The notes under the pieces: model-generated
Told to the model about the DNA's origin: nothing
What the model saw: only the letters and a program-made list of their open reading frames with translations
The model's database searches: none
Part shown: positions 37,118-52,276 of the stretch, piece after piece
How the letters are laid out: each line of letters starts with the position of its first letter
Position numbering within the stretch: position 1 is the first letter of the stretch
Translations under genes and position numbers: made by a program
Assembly (NCBI GenBank): GCA_012295275.1
Contig: CM022672.1
Span: 4,526,001 to 4,590,000 of the forward strand
DNA: 64,000 bases
From: Chrysomallon squamiferum
Lineage: Eukaryota > Animalia > Mollusca
Reading direction: 5' to 3'

Positions 37118-37287
37118 GTGAAAAGCATTAATAAAAATTATTAATAAATATTTGCAGAGCATTATTTCATCATGATTATTATTTTATGTTGCGTTTTTCC
37201 CTCCCTTTGCAGTGCGCACTAATAACATTACTTAGCTTACAAAACAAGATGTTAAAACATGTGTTCAAAATTACCTGTTAGGATCAA
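37118..37287 (+). repeat. Direct local duplication, copy 1 (copy 2 at 38689-38872)
   Basis: Shared blocks gtgaaaagcattaataaaat, aataaatatttgcagagc, tccctccctttgcagtgcgcactaataac and tcaaaattacctgtt.ggatca. Confidence 0.85.
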
Positions 37288-37437
37288 TAATTATTTTTTT
37301 TTTGATAGTTTTTGCTAACAATCAGAATGTTTTCAAATAAGAGGAAATAAACAGATGGCTGTAATATTATATTAACATAACAAACAATAACTAATTAGAA
37401 GGTATCAGTTATTTATTGAATAAATTTACTTTTTATG

Positions 37438-37469
<32 letters not shown>

Positions 37470-38688
37470 ACAACACGTAAATAAAAAATGTTCAAAAATC
37501 AGGATTTCATAACTTAAACATCTCCAGCAGAATGAATTAACAGGTAATCTTATAATCGACATTTTGAAATATCAATGGTTGCTAGGCGTTGGCTAAAAGA
37601 AAATCTTGCGCGTTTCAAGCAGTTTACACAAAGATGCAGGTTGAATTGTAAGCCCTAATATAAACTGAAAATACATATCACTGTTCAAATGAGCTTCCAT
37701 TCGAGCATTTTAATCAGAGTGTATCCGTTTGGTCATTGATGTTCATTGTACATGAAACATGAAAAACTGACGACTGTGTTACTGAAATTGTGGGTCTGTA
37801 TGACGTGGACAACGGTCAATGTTTACCTGCTTCTAGCAGACGTCAGCGACACATTTAGACTGAATATCTTAGGATATAAGCTGAATCACATGCTACCACA
37901 CTTTTTACCAAAATCACGGTTTCGCGCCTTTATTGCAGCGCCCCCTGGTACCTTTCTAGACAGTGGGATGAATGTTTGTAGTAGGATTGCAGACATGATG
38001 CTGAAATTAATGACGAGATCTATCTATCTATTTCTGTATGAAATTATTCTTCGATTTTATAAGTTTTTCTTTCAAACAACAGTAACAACAGCAGAACCAA
38101 CAAGAACACCACCACCAACAGTGAAAAGAATAGTAGTTGTAGTTGCAGTTGTTGCTGTAGCAGCAGCATAAGAAAAGAAAAAAATCTTGGTTAAAATATC
38201 AGATTATATTATCTAAATTGCATGATATTTTATTTGACTTAAAAACATAAACAAAACAGGAGAAATAATAATATAAATAAAATATATATATATATAAAAA
38301 AAAAAAAATCGATAAACATGTATTTTTTTATTATTATTTTTTTTTTCTTTTTCTGACGACTATATTTGAAGAAATTACATAAAAATTAATGTGTATTTGA
38401 TTCGAACAATACACGCATGTGTTTTTCAGTGATTCACGAACATTTAATTCCCTAGAAGGTTTGTCAATTAACGAAATACCTTTTACTTTCGTGTCGCGCA
38501 TAAAAATGGAACCAGAGAATAAAACAAGTTTGCGTTTTAATCTTCGGACGCTACGGGAGTGTGTACTTGAGTTCTAAACGCGAAGGATTATCCATTTCTA
38601 ACGAGTCGGGAGACTTAAAATAATTAAAAACACACGAATGATCCTCTTAAAAACTTACACAGATTCGATGTATTACTTAATTCGTAAT

Positions 38689-38872
38689 GTGAAAAGCATT
38701 AATAAAATAATAAATATTTGCAGAGCGCTATTTCTTTGTGAGCTTTTTGTATGCTGTGTTTTTGTCTCCCTCCCTTTGCAGTGCGCACTAATAACTTTTC
38801 TTTTTATTGTAGCTTTTAAGCAGCGTCTGTGGCGATGTTAGAACACGTGATCAAAATTACCTGTTTGGATCA
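38689..38872 (+). repeat. Direct local duplication, copy 2 (of 37118-37287)
   Basis: Same blocks in the same order, about 1.57 kb downstream. Confidence 0.85.
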
Positions 38873-38937
38873 GTTAACGTTGTCACTGAAGTATTTATTT
38901 ATTCTTTCTTTTTATTGTGTTCAAATAAATACGCTTT

Positions 38938-39026
<89 letters not shown>

Positions 39027-40003
39027 TGATGGTAACAAACAAACAACAACAACATAGGTAATAAATTAATGAATAATTATTTAAAAAAACAACAACTCAT
39101 TACATCTTCAAATTTGGTCAGCTCCGATCGCATCTTTTCATATACTGTAGCCACCCCCTGATATATAGAGATATAAACATTCTTACTGGTTTTGTTTTAG
39201 AAACCTCATAAAACTAAGTGCACTTAGTCTGCTGCCTACACTAAGATTGATTCGAGATTTAATAAACAACAAAAATTATCTATAAATCAGAGATTGCTGT
39301 TCTTTTTTTTTTTTTTTTTCTTCTTTACTTTAGCAAACAGCGATAAACGAATTTATGTTCGGGACGTTAATGCATTTTAACATATTATATTATTATTTCC
39401 ACTTTCCGCGAGCTGAGGGTTTGGAGAAATTACGAGAAATACTTAATATGGATTTTTACCGCTACTAATTACAGTTATTACCTTTAGTTTGGAAGTAAGT
39501 GCCCGGTTTATAACATTTGCTTAATACCTTTTTCTTGTGTGTCGATTTCCTCGAAGAATATAATCACATCTACTAATCATTATTAAACATGCTGTCGCTA
39601 CAAATATGCCACGCCCAGAAAACAGGGTTTTCCATTCTTGGCGTGGATTTGCCGTTCCAAACATTTAATTTTCACATGTTTCATTTAACGTACAACTGCT
39701 AAATAAATGTAGTGGACAGTGCTTGGTTGAGTACACACTTTAACAATGTCTGAGTACAGAGATCGCTGTCTGGTGTCTGGTGTTTATATTAACTGTGCAG
39801 TGGAAGGTCAATAAACCAATTCTTCTCTGTAACTAATTTCTTTTTTAACACTTTACTCTAAATGTGTTCTGAACACACACTCATACACGCACACATACAC
39901 ACACCCACCTCGCACGCACACACACCAAACACACCCACTCATACACACAAACACTGTGACACCCACATCCACACTCACACACACACACACACCAACCCAT
40001 TAA

Positions 40004-40053
40004 TATATATATATATATCTATATCTATCTATATCTATCTATCTATCATCATC

Positions 40054-40099
<46 letters not shown>

Positions 40100-40232
40100 A
40101 TATCTATCTATATCTATATATCTATCTATATCTATCTAACTATCTATCTATCTATCTATATATCTATATATCTATCTATCTGTCTGTCTATCTATCTATC
40201 TATCTATCTATCTATATATCTATCTATCTATA

Positions 40233-40275
<43 letters not shown>

Positions 40276-40281
40276 ATATAT
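40004..40281. repeat. (TATC)n/(TA)n compound microsatellite
   Basis: Directly visible; explains ORF 39862..40314. Confidence 0.93.
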
Positions 40282-41030
40282 AAAGAAAAACTGTTTGTTA
40301 TCTGCATCGTTTAACATAATTATGACATAAAATAATTTAGATAAATATCATAAGTTAACCTTTAGAAATAATATTATTTTCAAATTTGCCAAGAAATAAT
40401 AAATGATTTGTAATAATTTAATTTTAAACAGATGTATCTATCAACTGCAAAGTTAATTTAAAATAAGAATAATTATCTATGAAATGCTATTGAAAAATTA
40501 ATTTTAAATAATTAAATGTTAATGCAAAATTATATGTCTTAAATATTTTTCTAACCCCCAAAACAACAAAACCCCCAAAAAAAAAAAAAAAAAAAAAAAA
40601 AACAATGCAACATACTGGTTAATAATACCCTACTGCAAAATAGACTTTGAAGAAGTATAATACTCTGAAAATTGTTTCTGCAAAATGGTTTTGCAATACA
40701 GTTAACTTTGGTTAAAAAAATTTTTTTTAGCTACGACAACATCTTTAGTCTAATATTTATTTATTAATAATCAATTTCGTATCCTTGCTCTCATGAACTA
40801 ATCTTGGTTATATAATCCATAAATATAATTTCAAAAGTGTTCAAACTAATCTAAAAAAGAAAAAAATATATTATACTGAAGCAATAAATAAAAGAAATTT
40901 TAAAGGTTAATCAAAATTTAAAATGCAAGGCAAGAAGAAAACAGAAAAGACATTAGAATTATAAAATAAATAAATAAATCCTACAAAATTCATGTAATAA
41001 ATAAATACATAAATAAATAAGCTAAATATA

Positions 41031-41061
<31 letters not shown>

Positions 41062-41094
41062 ACAAATGTGTAAATAAATAAATAAATTAACAAA

Positions 41095-41133
<39 letters not shown>

Positions 41134-41189
41134 AATTAGGTTAAATTAAAGAAAGACAAACAAAGGAAGAAGAAGAAAAAAGAACAAAC

Positions 41190-41221
<32 letters not shown>

Positions 41222-41594
41222 AATAATAGTAATAATTATATAGAAAATTTAAAAAAGCAAGACAAAGAAAGTAAAATAAAGGATATGACTGTAGCATAAT
41301 AAAACTTTATTAAAGAAAAAAAAAAAAATTAAATAGATAAAAATAAAAATAAATAATAAATAAATAAATAAATAAATATAATAAAAAAATAATAAATGAA
41401 GAAATAAGCAAAATTAACAAATTGAAAAAGAAAAAACAAAGAAAAAGAAAGTAAGACAAAATAAAAATAAACAAATCCAAATAATTCTAAATAAATAAAT
41501 AATTCTTAACATACAAAAACTATAAACAAATGAAGAAAACTGAAGTGTTGCAATCCAGTAATTTTCATCACTACTGTTATTGTCTTCGACTTAG

Positions 41595-41625
<31 letters not shown>

Positions 41626-42921
41626 CTGAAAACAAAAATCTATTATGTCATTTCCTTTTCGTTCCTTTTTTTTTTTTAAATACAATTTTTCTATAAAAAA
41701 AAAAATCCATAAAAACAAATTAATTAGTGAGAGATTAAAAGAAAATCTAAATGCCAACTTTAGTGTAAGACCATTCAAAAGTCACACAAAAATTAAAACC
41801 GATTTTCTCAAAAAGAACAAAAACCAAATAAACGAGCCTTCCTCTCCAGACTTCATTTATCATGTCTGTTATTAAGAAAGTAACTCCGGCGTTGATTTCT
41901 CAAACAAAAATACATCTTAATACCTTTATGCTTTTCTTCTAATGATAAAAACTCTTCATGCTTGTAATTTGTTGATGAAAACGGAAAATGAATGGTGAAA
42001 AAGGCGCCTAGACTCGGTCCACCGTTCGCCTAAGTGGGTTCAAGTCTCTCCTATTAATTCCTAATACCTTTTTTATTTTTATTTTTTTTCTCTCTCCATT
42101 CATATTATTATTTTTTTTTCTTTTCAAGGTAAAAGCGATCGATGATAAATAATATTTCCACTCACGCAGCACTTTATTTGTGAGTTGGGCGATTGCATTT
42201 TTTTTTTTTTTTTTTTGTTTATCGAGATGAAAGAGACAGATTTTATAGACTGGCTACCAAGGTGGACTTGCGTGTCTTAAAAGCGGTTTAATAACTGACT
42301 GTACAGCCGAAGAAGAGAGAGAGAGGGAGGGAGACGAGAGACGGAGAAAAAAGAAAGGGAAGAAGATAGAGAGCTTTATTTAATGCTAGCAATTACTCCC
42401 GAGAACAAAAGCTGTAAAAATTGCAGCGAGATGCTTTTCGTGATTAAGATCATTGTTTGAAGATAATTGTAATAATCTCAGAAAATAAGAAGTAAGCAGA
42501 GAGAGAAGAGGTGATTTAAAATAACAACATCAAGAATATATATATATATATATTTAAAGGAATATATAAAAATAAAAAATAAAAATAAAAAATGAAATTA
42601 AAAAAAAAAGAAGTTAAAAATGAAAGGGCAACACGGAAGTTGTTGAAATAATTAAAAGGTCAAGGTCAGTGTTCCCGTGCTTAATAGAAAGTTTGTCGTG
42701 TAATAGATATTTAAAAAATAAAATAAATTAAAGAAAGGAAAAATATAGAAAGATGAGAGAAAAAACAAATAAATAAAAGAGAACGAAGGAAGTAAAGCAA
42801 ATAAAAAAGAAATGAATAAAAGTATAATAGAATGAAAACTGAAAGAAGAAATTAAAGAAATAAAACAATAAAAAATATCAGGTTTTATTTATTTATTGAT
42901 TTACTGATTTATTAATTATTA

Positions 42922-42962
<41 letters not shown>

Positions 42963-43153
42963 TATAACGAGGATATGGCAGAAAAAACAAGGGCAATTGT
43001 TATTGAAGTATTTAGTAGACTAATCATGAAACTGTCGGGAAAAGGAAAAGAAAACAAAACAAAACAAACAAAACAAAAACAAAAAAAAAAAAGAAAAGAA
43101 AAGAAAACGAAAGAAAAAATCATCTAACACAAAACGAAGGTAATAATAATAAT

Positions 43154-43222
<69 letters not shown>

Positions 43223-45588
43223 TAAATAATTAAAATACATATAAAAACATTGCAATACAATATATTACAATAAAACAAAACACAATACAAAACAAACAAA
43301 CAAACAAACAAACAAACAAACAAACAAACAAACAAACAAAGAAATAAATAAAGAAATAAAGAAATTTCTCATTACAGAAACTGTAAGATAAATTAAAGTT
43401 TAAATGATAACAATCAGGGTAAATTAAATCAACACACATACACACATGAGCACTGACATACCGAATGTGTAATATTTTAATAATAATTACAAAACATCTA
43501 CGTTCTGAATATGCATTATTTAAGTATTAAATACTATAAATGCAATATCGAATTTTTCTTATTAAAATTCTGAATACGTAGCAAGTATGAAAAGAAATAT
43601 CTAAAGACTGAAATCAGTATTACGTAATTTTCAAATATTTTATATTACTATCAGTTAAAATAGTTTATACATAATATTTAAACTGATAATATAATTTTAA
43701 TTACTGTATTACACACTATAAATATTAAATGTGTAATAAAATATTAATCTTATTTAAGTAACACTGATTATTAATACTGGATGTTATGTTTAAATATTAT
43801 CTGTGTTACTGAATATGTCATTTTTAATTATTCAGTATGCAACATCTAATTACTGAATACATTGTCTATGTTTTGATACAGAATCGGTCTTGTTATCACA
43901 CAAATACATAAAAGAACATTTCTTATAATAAAATTTTATCACGACAGTTTATTTATTTACGTACAATAACTTAGTAAAGCCACAAATCTCGTTAAGTTTC
44001 TAATTTATTTACTCAGAAAACCTTCAGTCCTTTTTGGTTTTCATTTCTTCTTGTTTTTTTTTTTTTTTTTTTCTTCTCTCTCATTCTGAACTATCAAACA
44101 TCTTTCAGTGGAACAGCAAAGTGGTGCAATACGACATCACTAAACAAGGCAGGGCCAACGCGCTCAGTTCCCAAGAGTGTATTTCGTTGGCTTAGAGGGG
44201 AATCCCTATTTAATGAAGCCTTTAAAGCAGCTGATTAAAGATCATTTGGGTCCGTCGACAAGCGTCAAGAGTCTCTCGTGTCACTCGTGGAAGGTTCACT
44301 GATCTCCTGTAATGGAGATCGCGAAGGCAGAACGGCTATATCACTTTTGGAGTCGTCGTTAATTCGGCTCTTTTTCCACGTTACAAATAGCACTTCTTGT
44401 CATCCATGCGACCCCAGCGCTAAGTTAGAAACTTCACCAAAAGCCGCTTCGATTCATTATTATTATTTTTATTATTATTTTTTTAATGGTGGCCTGGAGA
44501 TGTTTTTTGGCGGGTAGAAAAGAATATATGGTTTTCAGAAGGTTTGATTTATGAAGAAGACAGGGTGGTTAGAAAAAAAAAAAAAAATGATTAAAAAGAA
44601 AAGTTTTGCGTGTGTTAGTGACAGAAAGAGAAACTGATACCCAGAGAAAAAAACAAAATAAACAAAGGTTAATTGAGGATTTTCATAAGGTGGAAGTTAA
44701 AACACATACAATGATAAACGACGGGTTGATTTTAATTAAGAGTTAATGATAAAAATATTATATGAATGTAAGTGTTGTTCTTCCTTCCTCTTATTAATAT
44801 CACACACGCATTAACTGCTTGTTTTTGCATCATAAATGGTTCAAGCCTTGTTTTTCACCAAAGATCTTCGAACTTTTTTTTTTCTCGCTTGCTTCTGCCG
44901 CCTTGACAAATGAGCGATTATTTATAAATCCTTACTTAAACAGTGAAATGTTCAAATCTTCCTGTACCTGACAACCCGGTTGCGACCGTGGCAGACACGT
45001 GTAAGAAAACAAGACGACATTTTGTAGCGGATTTGACAAAGTCCTTTTCTCCTGGGACGCATAAAACAGTCAATGGCGCCTTCGTGTTTCTCTCTGCCAG
45101 CGATTATAATCTGTCTCTCGCTATTTTTCCCCTGAACGTAAGCAAGCCAAAACAAACTGGCTCGTTTCTGCCATTTTCCCCACCACTTACCCACGTTCAA
45201 TTGACCAAACATGATTGGCATGATTCCGATAAGGAACTAATGTATTAGAGCTTGTTTTGCCGAATAAAATTTGTCTAGATTGATCTGTTGTATCTAGATT
45301 TTACTCCTTGTTTATTGCCAGAAATGTGCCTAATTGTCATTATGTACAAGGCAGTGTCAACACAGACGTTCGACTAACAAAGGCTAGGAATGTCAGAGGA
45401 CTGGTTGCCCATGGCCAAGATTTACGTTTCCAATTTGCACGATTGCTGTGGTGTGTTTGTAGATGTCAAAGAACTATTCGGAAACTATTTAACCTTATCC
45501 GTGGATATTCCATAGTTTTCAAAATTCCTGTAATGTAACAAAATACCACCGTGCTTATTCATAGTTTTATTTGTTTGCTGGTCACTGA

Positions 45589-45623
<35 letters not shown>

Positions 45624-45949
45624 TACATGCAGACTTATAAATGTAAAAACGTAAAAACGTGAAAAATTAAATGTTCAGCTACATACTCCTTCCACAAATT
45701 CACACATTCATATAGAGTCACTCAATCACATATTACGAAATCTATTTAAGGTTACATTTTCACAACAAATGTATATTGAGTTAAAATATGAAAAATATAC
45801 AAATATACGACAATTTCAGACACATAGTCACCCACAATAAACACACACACGCATAAATATAACACATACATACGTCGAGAAACATGTACGTACATATTTA
45901 TGAAAAGGAAAATAAATCTCATATATATATAAACATAGACATACGTATT

Positions 45950-45988
<39 letters not shown>

Positions 45989-47024
45989 TATATATATGAT
46001 ACGCACATGTCCATTGCATAAAAATATAAATTCTTTAATATAATTGAACGCACATACACACAGATAACTGTACGCACTTGACTGTGAACAGCAAAACAAA
46101 TCTGCTTATAAAGTCATACAGATACTATTAGTTTAGGAAAAACATGTCACTTTGGTTCCATAATATGATACTCATAACTACATTTTTAATGTACATTATT
46201 TCTGTTTATATTTTGATATTGGTATTTTGTGGTAATCCAACCTAAATGCAGTTACTACTGTAAGATAATCACAGTGCGCTGAGGTATTCCATATGGATCA
46301 ACGTTATGGGAACAAAACAGAAACTGCCATTAGGTAATTTTACGTAGGGTAATGCTAGACTAGCTCTGCTCAATTTGCTAATTTCACGCAAGGATTATCT
46401 TTCGAAAAGCATTTTTTTTACTGTATTTAGTAAATAAATCACATGGTCTGAATTGCTATATCTTTCGCCTGAAGTAACAATTAGCTTAGATTTAATCGGG
46501 ATAATAACGTGGATTACGGGCGATAAAGCAGTACCACTTAATCGTTCACATTCCGACATTGTTTACACCAGTCACTTTTGAATGTTACGCTTTTACGACA
46601 TTGAAATGCAACAGTATCGGTCTCGTGAAGGATGCCCTAAAATACCTTATGTAACTGCAAAGTATATTTACCCACGGGAGACCAAAATTGTTGTTTCAAA
46701 ACCAACAGCGAACAAACAAGACAAAAATGTCAAATTTGTTTCTTTTTGTTCTTGCTAAATCGTATCTTGACAAGGATCAAGATGAGATAATCCCAGGTGA
46801 AACCTTGACATCAGTGACAGATAAAGGAGATTAATCACCGACATCAAAGACTCGGTTTAACAACCAATAGTCGATCAAATCGATATTATCCACTTTTAAA
46901 TACATCTGACGTAACAGGTGAAATGACAAGAGGGAGAGGGATATAGAGAAAGAGAAAGAGAGAGAGAAAGAGAAAGAAAGAAAGAGAAAGAAAGAGAGTT
47001 AAATAAATAAACAGACAGACAGAC

Positions 47025-47097
<73 letters not shown>

Positions 47098-47208
47098 TAG
47101 GAACGGAAAGAGAAAGAAAGAAAGAATAAAGATAAAAAATAAATAGAGATAGATGGAGACACAGAGAAAGACGCAGACATTGAGTTAGAAGAATGAAAAA
47201 GAAGAATA

Positions 47209-47737
47209 ACGTAAACAAACTCACATACATACACAGATACGTAGACAAACTCACATACATACACAGACACGTAGACAAACTCACATACATATACAGACAC
47301 GTAGACAAACTCACATTTATACACAGACACGTAGACAAACTCACATACATACACAGACACGTAGACAAACTCAAATACATCCACAGACACGTAGACAAAC
47401 TCACATACATACTCAGACACGTAGACAAACTCACATTTATACACAGACACGTAGACAAACTCACATACATACACAGACACGTAGACAAACTCACATACAT
47501 ACACAGACACGTAGACAAACTCACATTTATACACAGACACGTAGACAAACTCACATTTATACAAAGACACGTAGACAAACTCACATACATACACAGACAC
47601 GTAGACAAACTCAAATACATCCACAGACACGTAGACAAACTCACATACATACACAGACACGTAGACAAACTCACATTTATAAACAGACACGTAGACAAAC
47701 TCACATACATACACAGACACGTAGACAAACTCACATA
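47209..47737. repeat. 30-bp minisatellite, about 17.5 copies
   Basis: Unit acgtagacaaactcacatacatacacagac in head-to-tail copies with no unique spacers; explains ORFs 46886..47734, 46896..47720 and 47193..47744. Confidence 0.97.
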
Positions 47738-48734
47738 TAACTAGCCATGTTTTATAGACAACGATTTAGAACTGTGATTATGACTAACTACAACCAGCTG
47801 GCGAGGTTATTGAGTGATGATATTAAAACGATATTTTTAATGTTTCATTTCCTAGTCACTTTGACATTTTGGTTTATCACTAATCATCCGGAAAAAATCA
47901 TTCAACCGTTTCGTAAGGAAACCCCAGCAGTTCACGTGTAAAATTAGGTCGATCACATCATGCACAACATCGTTCGTTGGCACAATTTTATTTTTATAAA
48001 ACCCAATCAACTACATTTCATTAACTGTTAGGTTGGAACTAATTTCTGTTATTTGTGCGTTCATCCGTTGTGGTTCGGTGTCCATACAAGTGCAGGGATC
48101 TTTTCCCTTCTGTATTGATCGTTTTCACTGGTTAAGTCATCATCTTTAAGATAACAAAGTACAGAGATCGTGGCTTGATACCAGGGATCGTATTATAACA
48201 GCCATTTGTCTGTTGTTAATAGACAGTAAACTAAACTTACTAATTAACGAATATCCCATTTCATCGATTTTAGAGACTAAATCAGTACATTTAAAATTAA
48301 TAGATATCGGAGGCTTATCATGGATACCAGGTTTTATCAACTGAAAGAAAAAAGAAAAATAAATGCATGAAGTAACTCGATTTTCTTTTTGTCTAAGTGC
48401 ATGTAAAAGATGCCGTTATCTTTACATAATTATAATAATCGCTAATATTCAAATAGAACATAATTTTAGAATGTTTTTCCATTCAATAAATGTCAAACCA
48501 GCCATTAAAAGATGTTACAATATAAGACAAGTATGACACAAGGCAGGAACGTGAAAAGCTCAAAGGCGCTAACGTGAAGGATTGATCACGTGATTGTTAC
48601 TGTACGAATGATCAAGTAATTATTAAAAATTTCACAAAATGAAAACTGTAGAAATGTTGTTTTGTTTGTTTGTTTGTTTTGTTATTTATTTCTTTTTATT
48701 TCTTTAATATATATATATTTTAACATTAACATTG

Positions 48735-48779
<45 letters not shown>

Positions 48780-51128
48780 AATAAATAAAAAAAAAAAAAA
48801 AAAAAAAAAATAAAATAAAATAAAAATAAAATAAAATTAAAAGAAAAATATTTTTGTAGGGTGATCACTTTCATTAAACCATCAAAAAAAAAAAAAAAAA
48901 AAAAAATGTTCTGTTTTCATTATTTCATTAATTAATTTATTTATTATTATTATTATTATTATTTGTTGTTGTTGTTGTTGTTGTTGTTGTTTTGTTGTTA
49001 TTGTTGGGTTTTTTGTTTTTGCTGTTATTAATATTATTAGTTAAAAAAGAAAAAGTATGAACATTTTAGTATTTGATCTTGTTATCATTTCTTAATTTTG
49101 CTGGTTATCTTTGTTTAGCTGTACCATTAAAAGTGCAGCTAATTAAAATAGTTCCTTTTATCTAAAATATAAAAACGTATATACACTTTAAAGATGAATT
49201 TCATTACTGACATTTAAAATTATGTTCACAATGTTTAATTAGAACTGCTAATACTGTTTTTATCGACGATAGAAAGGTGACTTTAATTTCTTACGCAAAT
49301 GCAGATACTCACGCATTTAATTTGAATTAAAGGACACTAAAACACACACACACACACACACACACACAATTAGATTTCGTGATAGTCTACGTACATGTGT
49401 GTGTGTGTCACTATAATTATGCCGTGTAAATACTCAACACACATTTATGCTAAATGACAAAGAAACCCACTCGACCATTCAGTGATACATCTAAACTAAC
49501 AAAAGACAAATGATTATATTAAGATTTCATTAAAAATCTGAAAGCAAACAACCAAAAACTAAATAAATAAATAAAATGTACATTAAAAAAAATCAAGGAA
49601 AAAAATCTAAACATATCACTATCGGATAATTAATTAACACAAAATTATAATTCAATCGGAAAAAAAAAAAAAACATTTTTCACTATTTTTCTCTTTTCTT
49701 TCCCTTCTCTTTCATAAACATGTTCTTCTGTCCTTCTTTCTTAAAATTCTGTTTATTTTAACTCTTTAATTTTTTTTTTAATGCTTTTTTTTTTTTTTTT
49801 CTTAGCTCGCATATCGCTGCACACTTTAAGTAGAGAAGTAAATCAAAAGCGCTCGTTGGTTGGCCAGATAAAAGCTGTAATATCCGAGTTACTGCCTGCC
49901 TTTGTAGATTTCCACACCAGCCTCTTTATTAACTCTCCGCCGTTCTACCAGGAATTATCTCCGTGGCAGCTACTTCGCAAATGGCTCATTAAGCACATTT
50001 ACCAAAGTAATTTTCTTCTTGACGTTCTTCTTAATAATCTCGAAGAATTAGTCGAGATCAAGCTTGCTATGGCGGCTGATATTTAACGGTAAAGTTTCAC
50101 ATTTCCTGCCTTTGTCTGTCGCAAACAATGCCGCGCAAGGATATCAATTATTCGAGAGCGCGACTCGAAACCCCGCCTCCGGCTCGGTTTCCGTGATACG
50201 GGTACATTTCCTTGTATCTCCTACCCGTAGGCGAAGAGAGAAAATGTCTCTTAATTCCTTAATGGACTGGGCGGAGCCGCCTATTCGTAAAGCGCGTGCG
50301 GGAACACGATCAGTGACTGAGCCAGATAGATTTCTTAGTTTCGTATTTGTCAAGCTTCATTTAAGTTGATCATGCAAACCGTCGAGTTAAATGGAATGTC
50401 CAGTTGTCCGTTCACACCATTGTTTCAAGTAGCGCTGAGAAATGAATATATTAAACTGACATCAGTGGTACAGGGTGGCTCGTAAGTAATGGGGGGGGGA
50501 GGTGGCACTGTATGACTGCGAAAGGTATATAAATATTTATAAATATTTTATAAAAGGTTTACAAGGTTCTTAAAGCTTTCACTTGTGCTGTCCATTATCT
50601 TCAATACATTTTTTCAACTCGTTGTTCAGTAGAATAGCAACTCGTTTATTTTTTGAGCCAATGTATGTGTCTATGGTTAGGCATATTTTAACACCAGGGC
50701 TCATAAGAACTGTACTCACAGCATAGTACGTGTTCATATAAAATATGTAACTCCGGAAATATAAGAGAGGATTTTACAGTATTAAAGCACATTCTGTCGT
50801 TCACTATTACAAACCAGCGACTTTAAGTGAGACAGGTAAACGGATCAGAATATCTTTAATTTACACATTTGTAAAACTAGGTATGTAAATTTAAGAAAAC
50901 GATCCTGTATAATAAACTCACATACTAACAAGGTCAGTTTTTAAATCTGATGTACACGCTGTTGAACACTATCGTTTTATTATTACGTTTATTAATGTTA
51001 AAAATTGCGTTCGTTATTAAAAGGCACCCGAATTTACTGTTTGCGAGTAATCTGTAATTACAGATTTACTTTTATGTAAAAAAAATAAATTTTTGTTAAT
51101 ATTTTGTTTTGAATGATAAATAAATATA

Positions 51129-51176
<48 letters not shown>

Positions 51177-52212
51177 TAATTAATTAAATGATTTTTTAAT
51201 TTCATTATTTATTATTATTAATTTATTATTTAATTTATTTATTATTTATTTATTTATGTATATTATGTTGTTGTTGCTGCTGTTGTTGGAAACTACGAAT
51301 CTAAATTCTAATTTCTTAAAAATGTTCTCACTTACAGACAGCAGAAAAAAAAATAACAGGTTCATTGTATAATGTACTACAGGCACCATAGAGCAATATT
51401 AAAATACGTGATATAAAGAAAATCAATATTACTAAGTAAACGACTAAAAATAACACATATTTCTAATACAAATAACACATTAATTAATTTCTGAGTGCAA
51501 AACATACAAATCCGGTTAAATATTGCATGTCTTTATCATGAGATTATTAAACTATTAAACGTTTTAGGTATTTGACAGTTTTTTGTTAAATTTTATTATA
51601 AATATTTTATCTTAGATCTCTGTAAACTTGTTGTACTAAAACAAACCGATATTTATTTTCCATTATTTTCTAGTTTAACAATAATTTGGTTTACGTTGCA
51701 TTATGTTGTCTGCCATTATCATGCAAAAATAGACCCAAGAACTTGCTTACCGTCCAATAATGAAAACTGTAACAAAATAATTCACGTCATAATAAACGTA
51801 AAAAAGAAAAATGAATGTTTTTGTTTCTATAAATTATAACGTAATATAAAATATCAGCCTATTAAAAATATCTTCAGGAAAAAACAATAATAAACGAGAA
51901 TTTTTCTTCCTATAAAATCTAATGAAGTAATTAAAGAAGAAAGAAAGATAAAGAAATGTCGTAGCCAACATTTGATACTTCAGTGAAAATAATAACGAAG
52001 ATAAATTGACTTCCAATAAAACCTAACGATGTAATTAAAATAAATAATTGTACATGAGAATTTAATGGCAGTATAAAACATACGATAATGTTAACATTAA
52101 AATTTTAGTTTGGACATGCTACAGTATTTCAGTTTGGAAACATAGTATTGATCAGTTCATTCTTGTAAAATTTAATATTAATATGTTGTTATATGTGTTT
52201 AAAATCTTTTAA

Positions 52213-52276
<64 letters not shown>

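Noticed and set aside
47193-47744. 183-282 aa repetitive ORFs on both strands and a CRISPR-like regular repeat
   Set aside because: Pure head-to-tail 30-bp minisatellite with no unique spacers, no cas genes and a eukaryotic context. The ORFs are open only because the unit is a multiple of 3 and lacks stops.
44943-50369. About 100-aa ORFs at 44943, 49781 and 50064
   Set aside because: No domain motifs or splice-phase support; consistent with chance ORFs in GC-richer islands.
50455-50480. Partial resemblance to miR-1992 on the minus strand; also a bantam-like agatcattgt near 42447
   Set aside because: Seed and 5' ends do not match as I recall them, and no precursor hairpin is evident.
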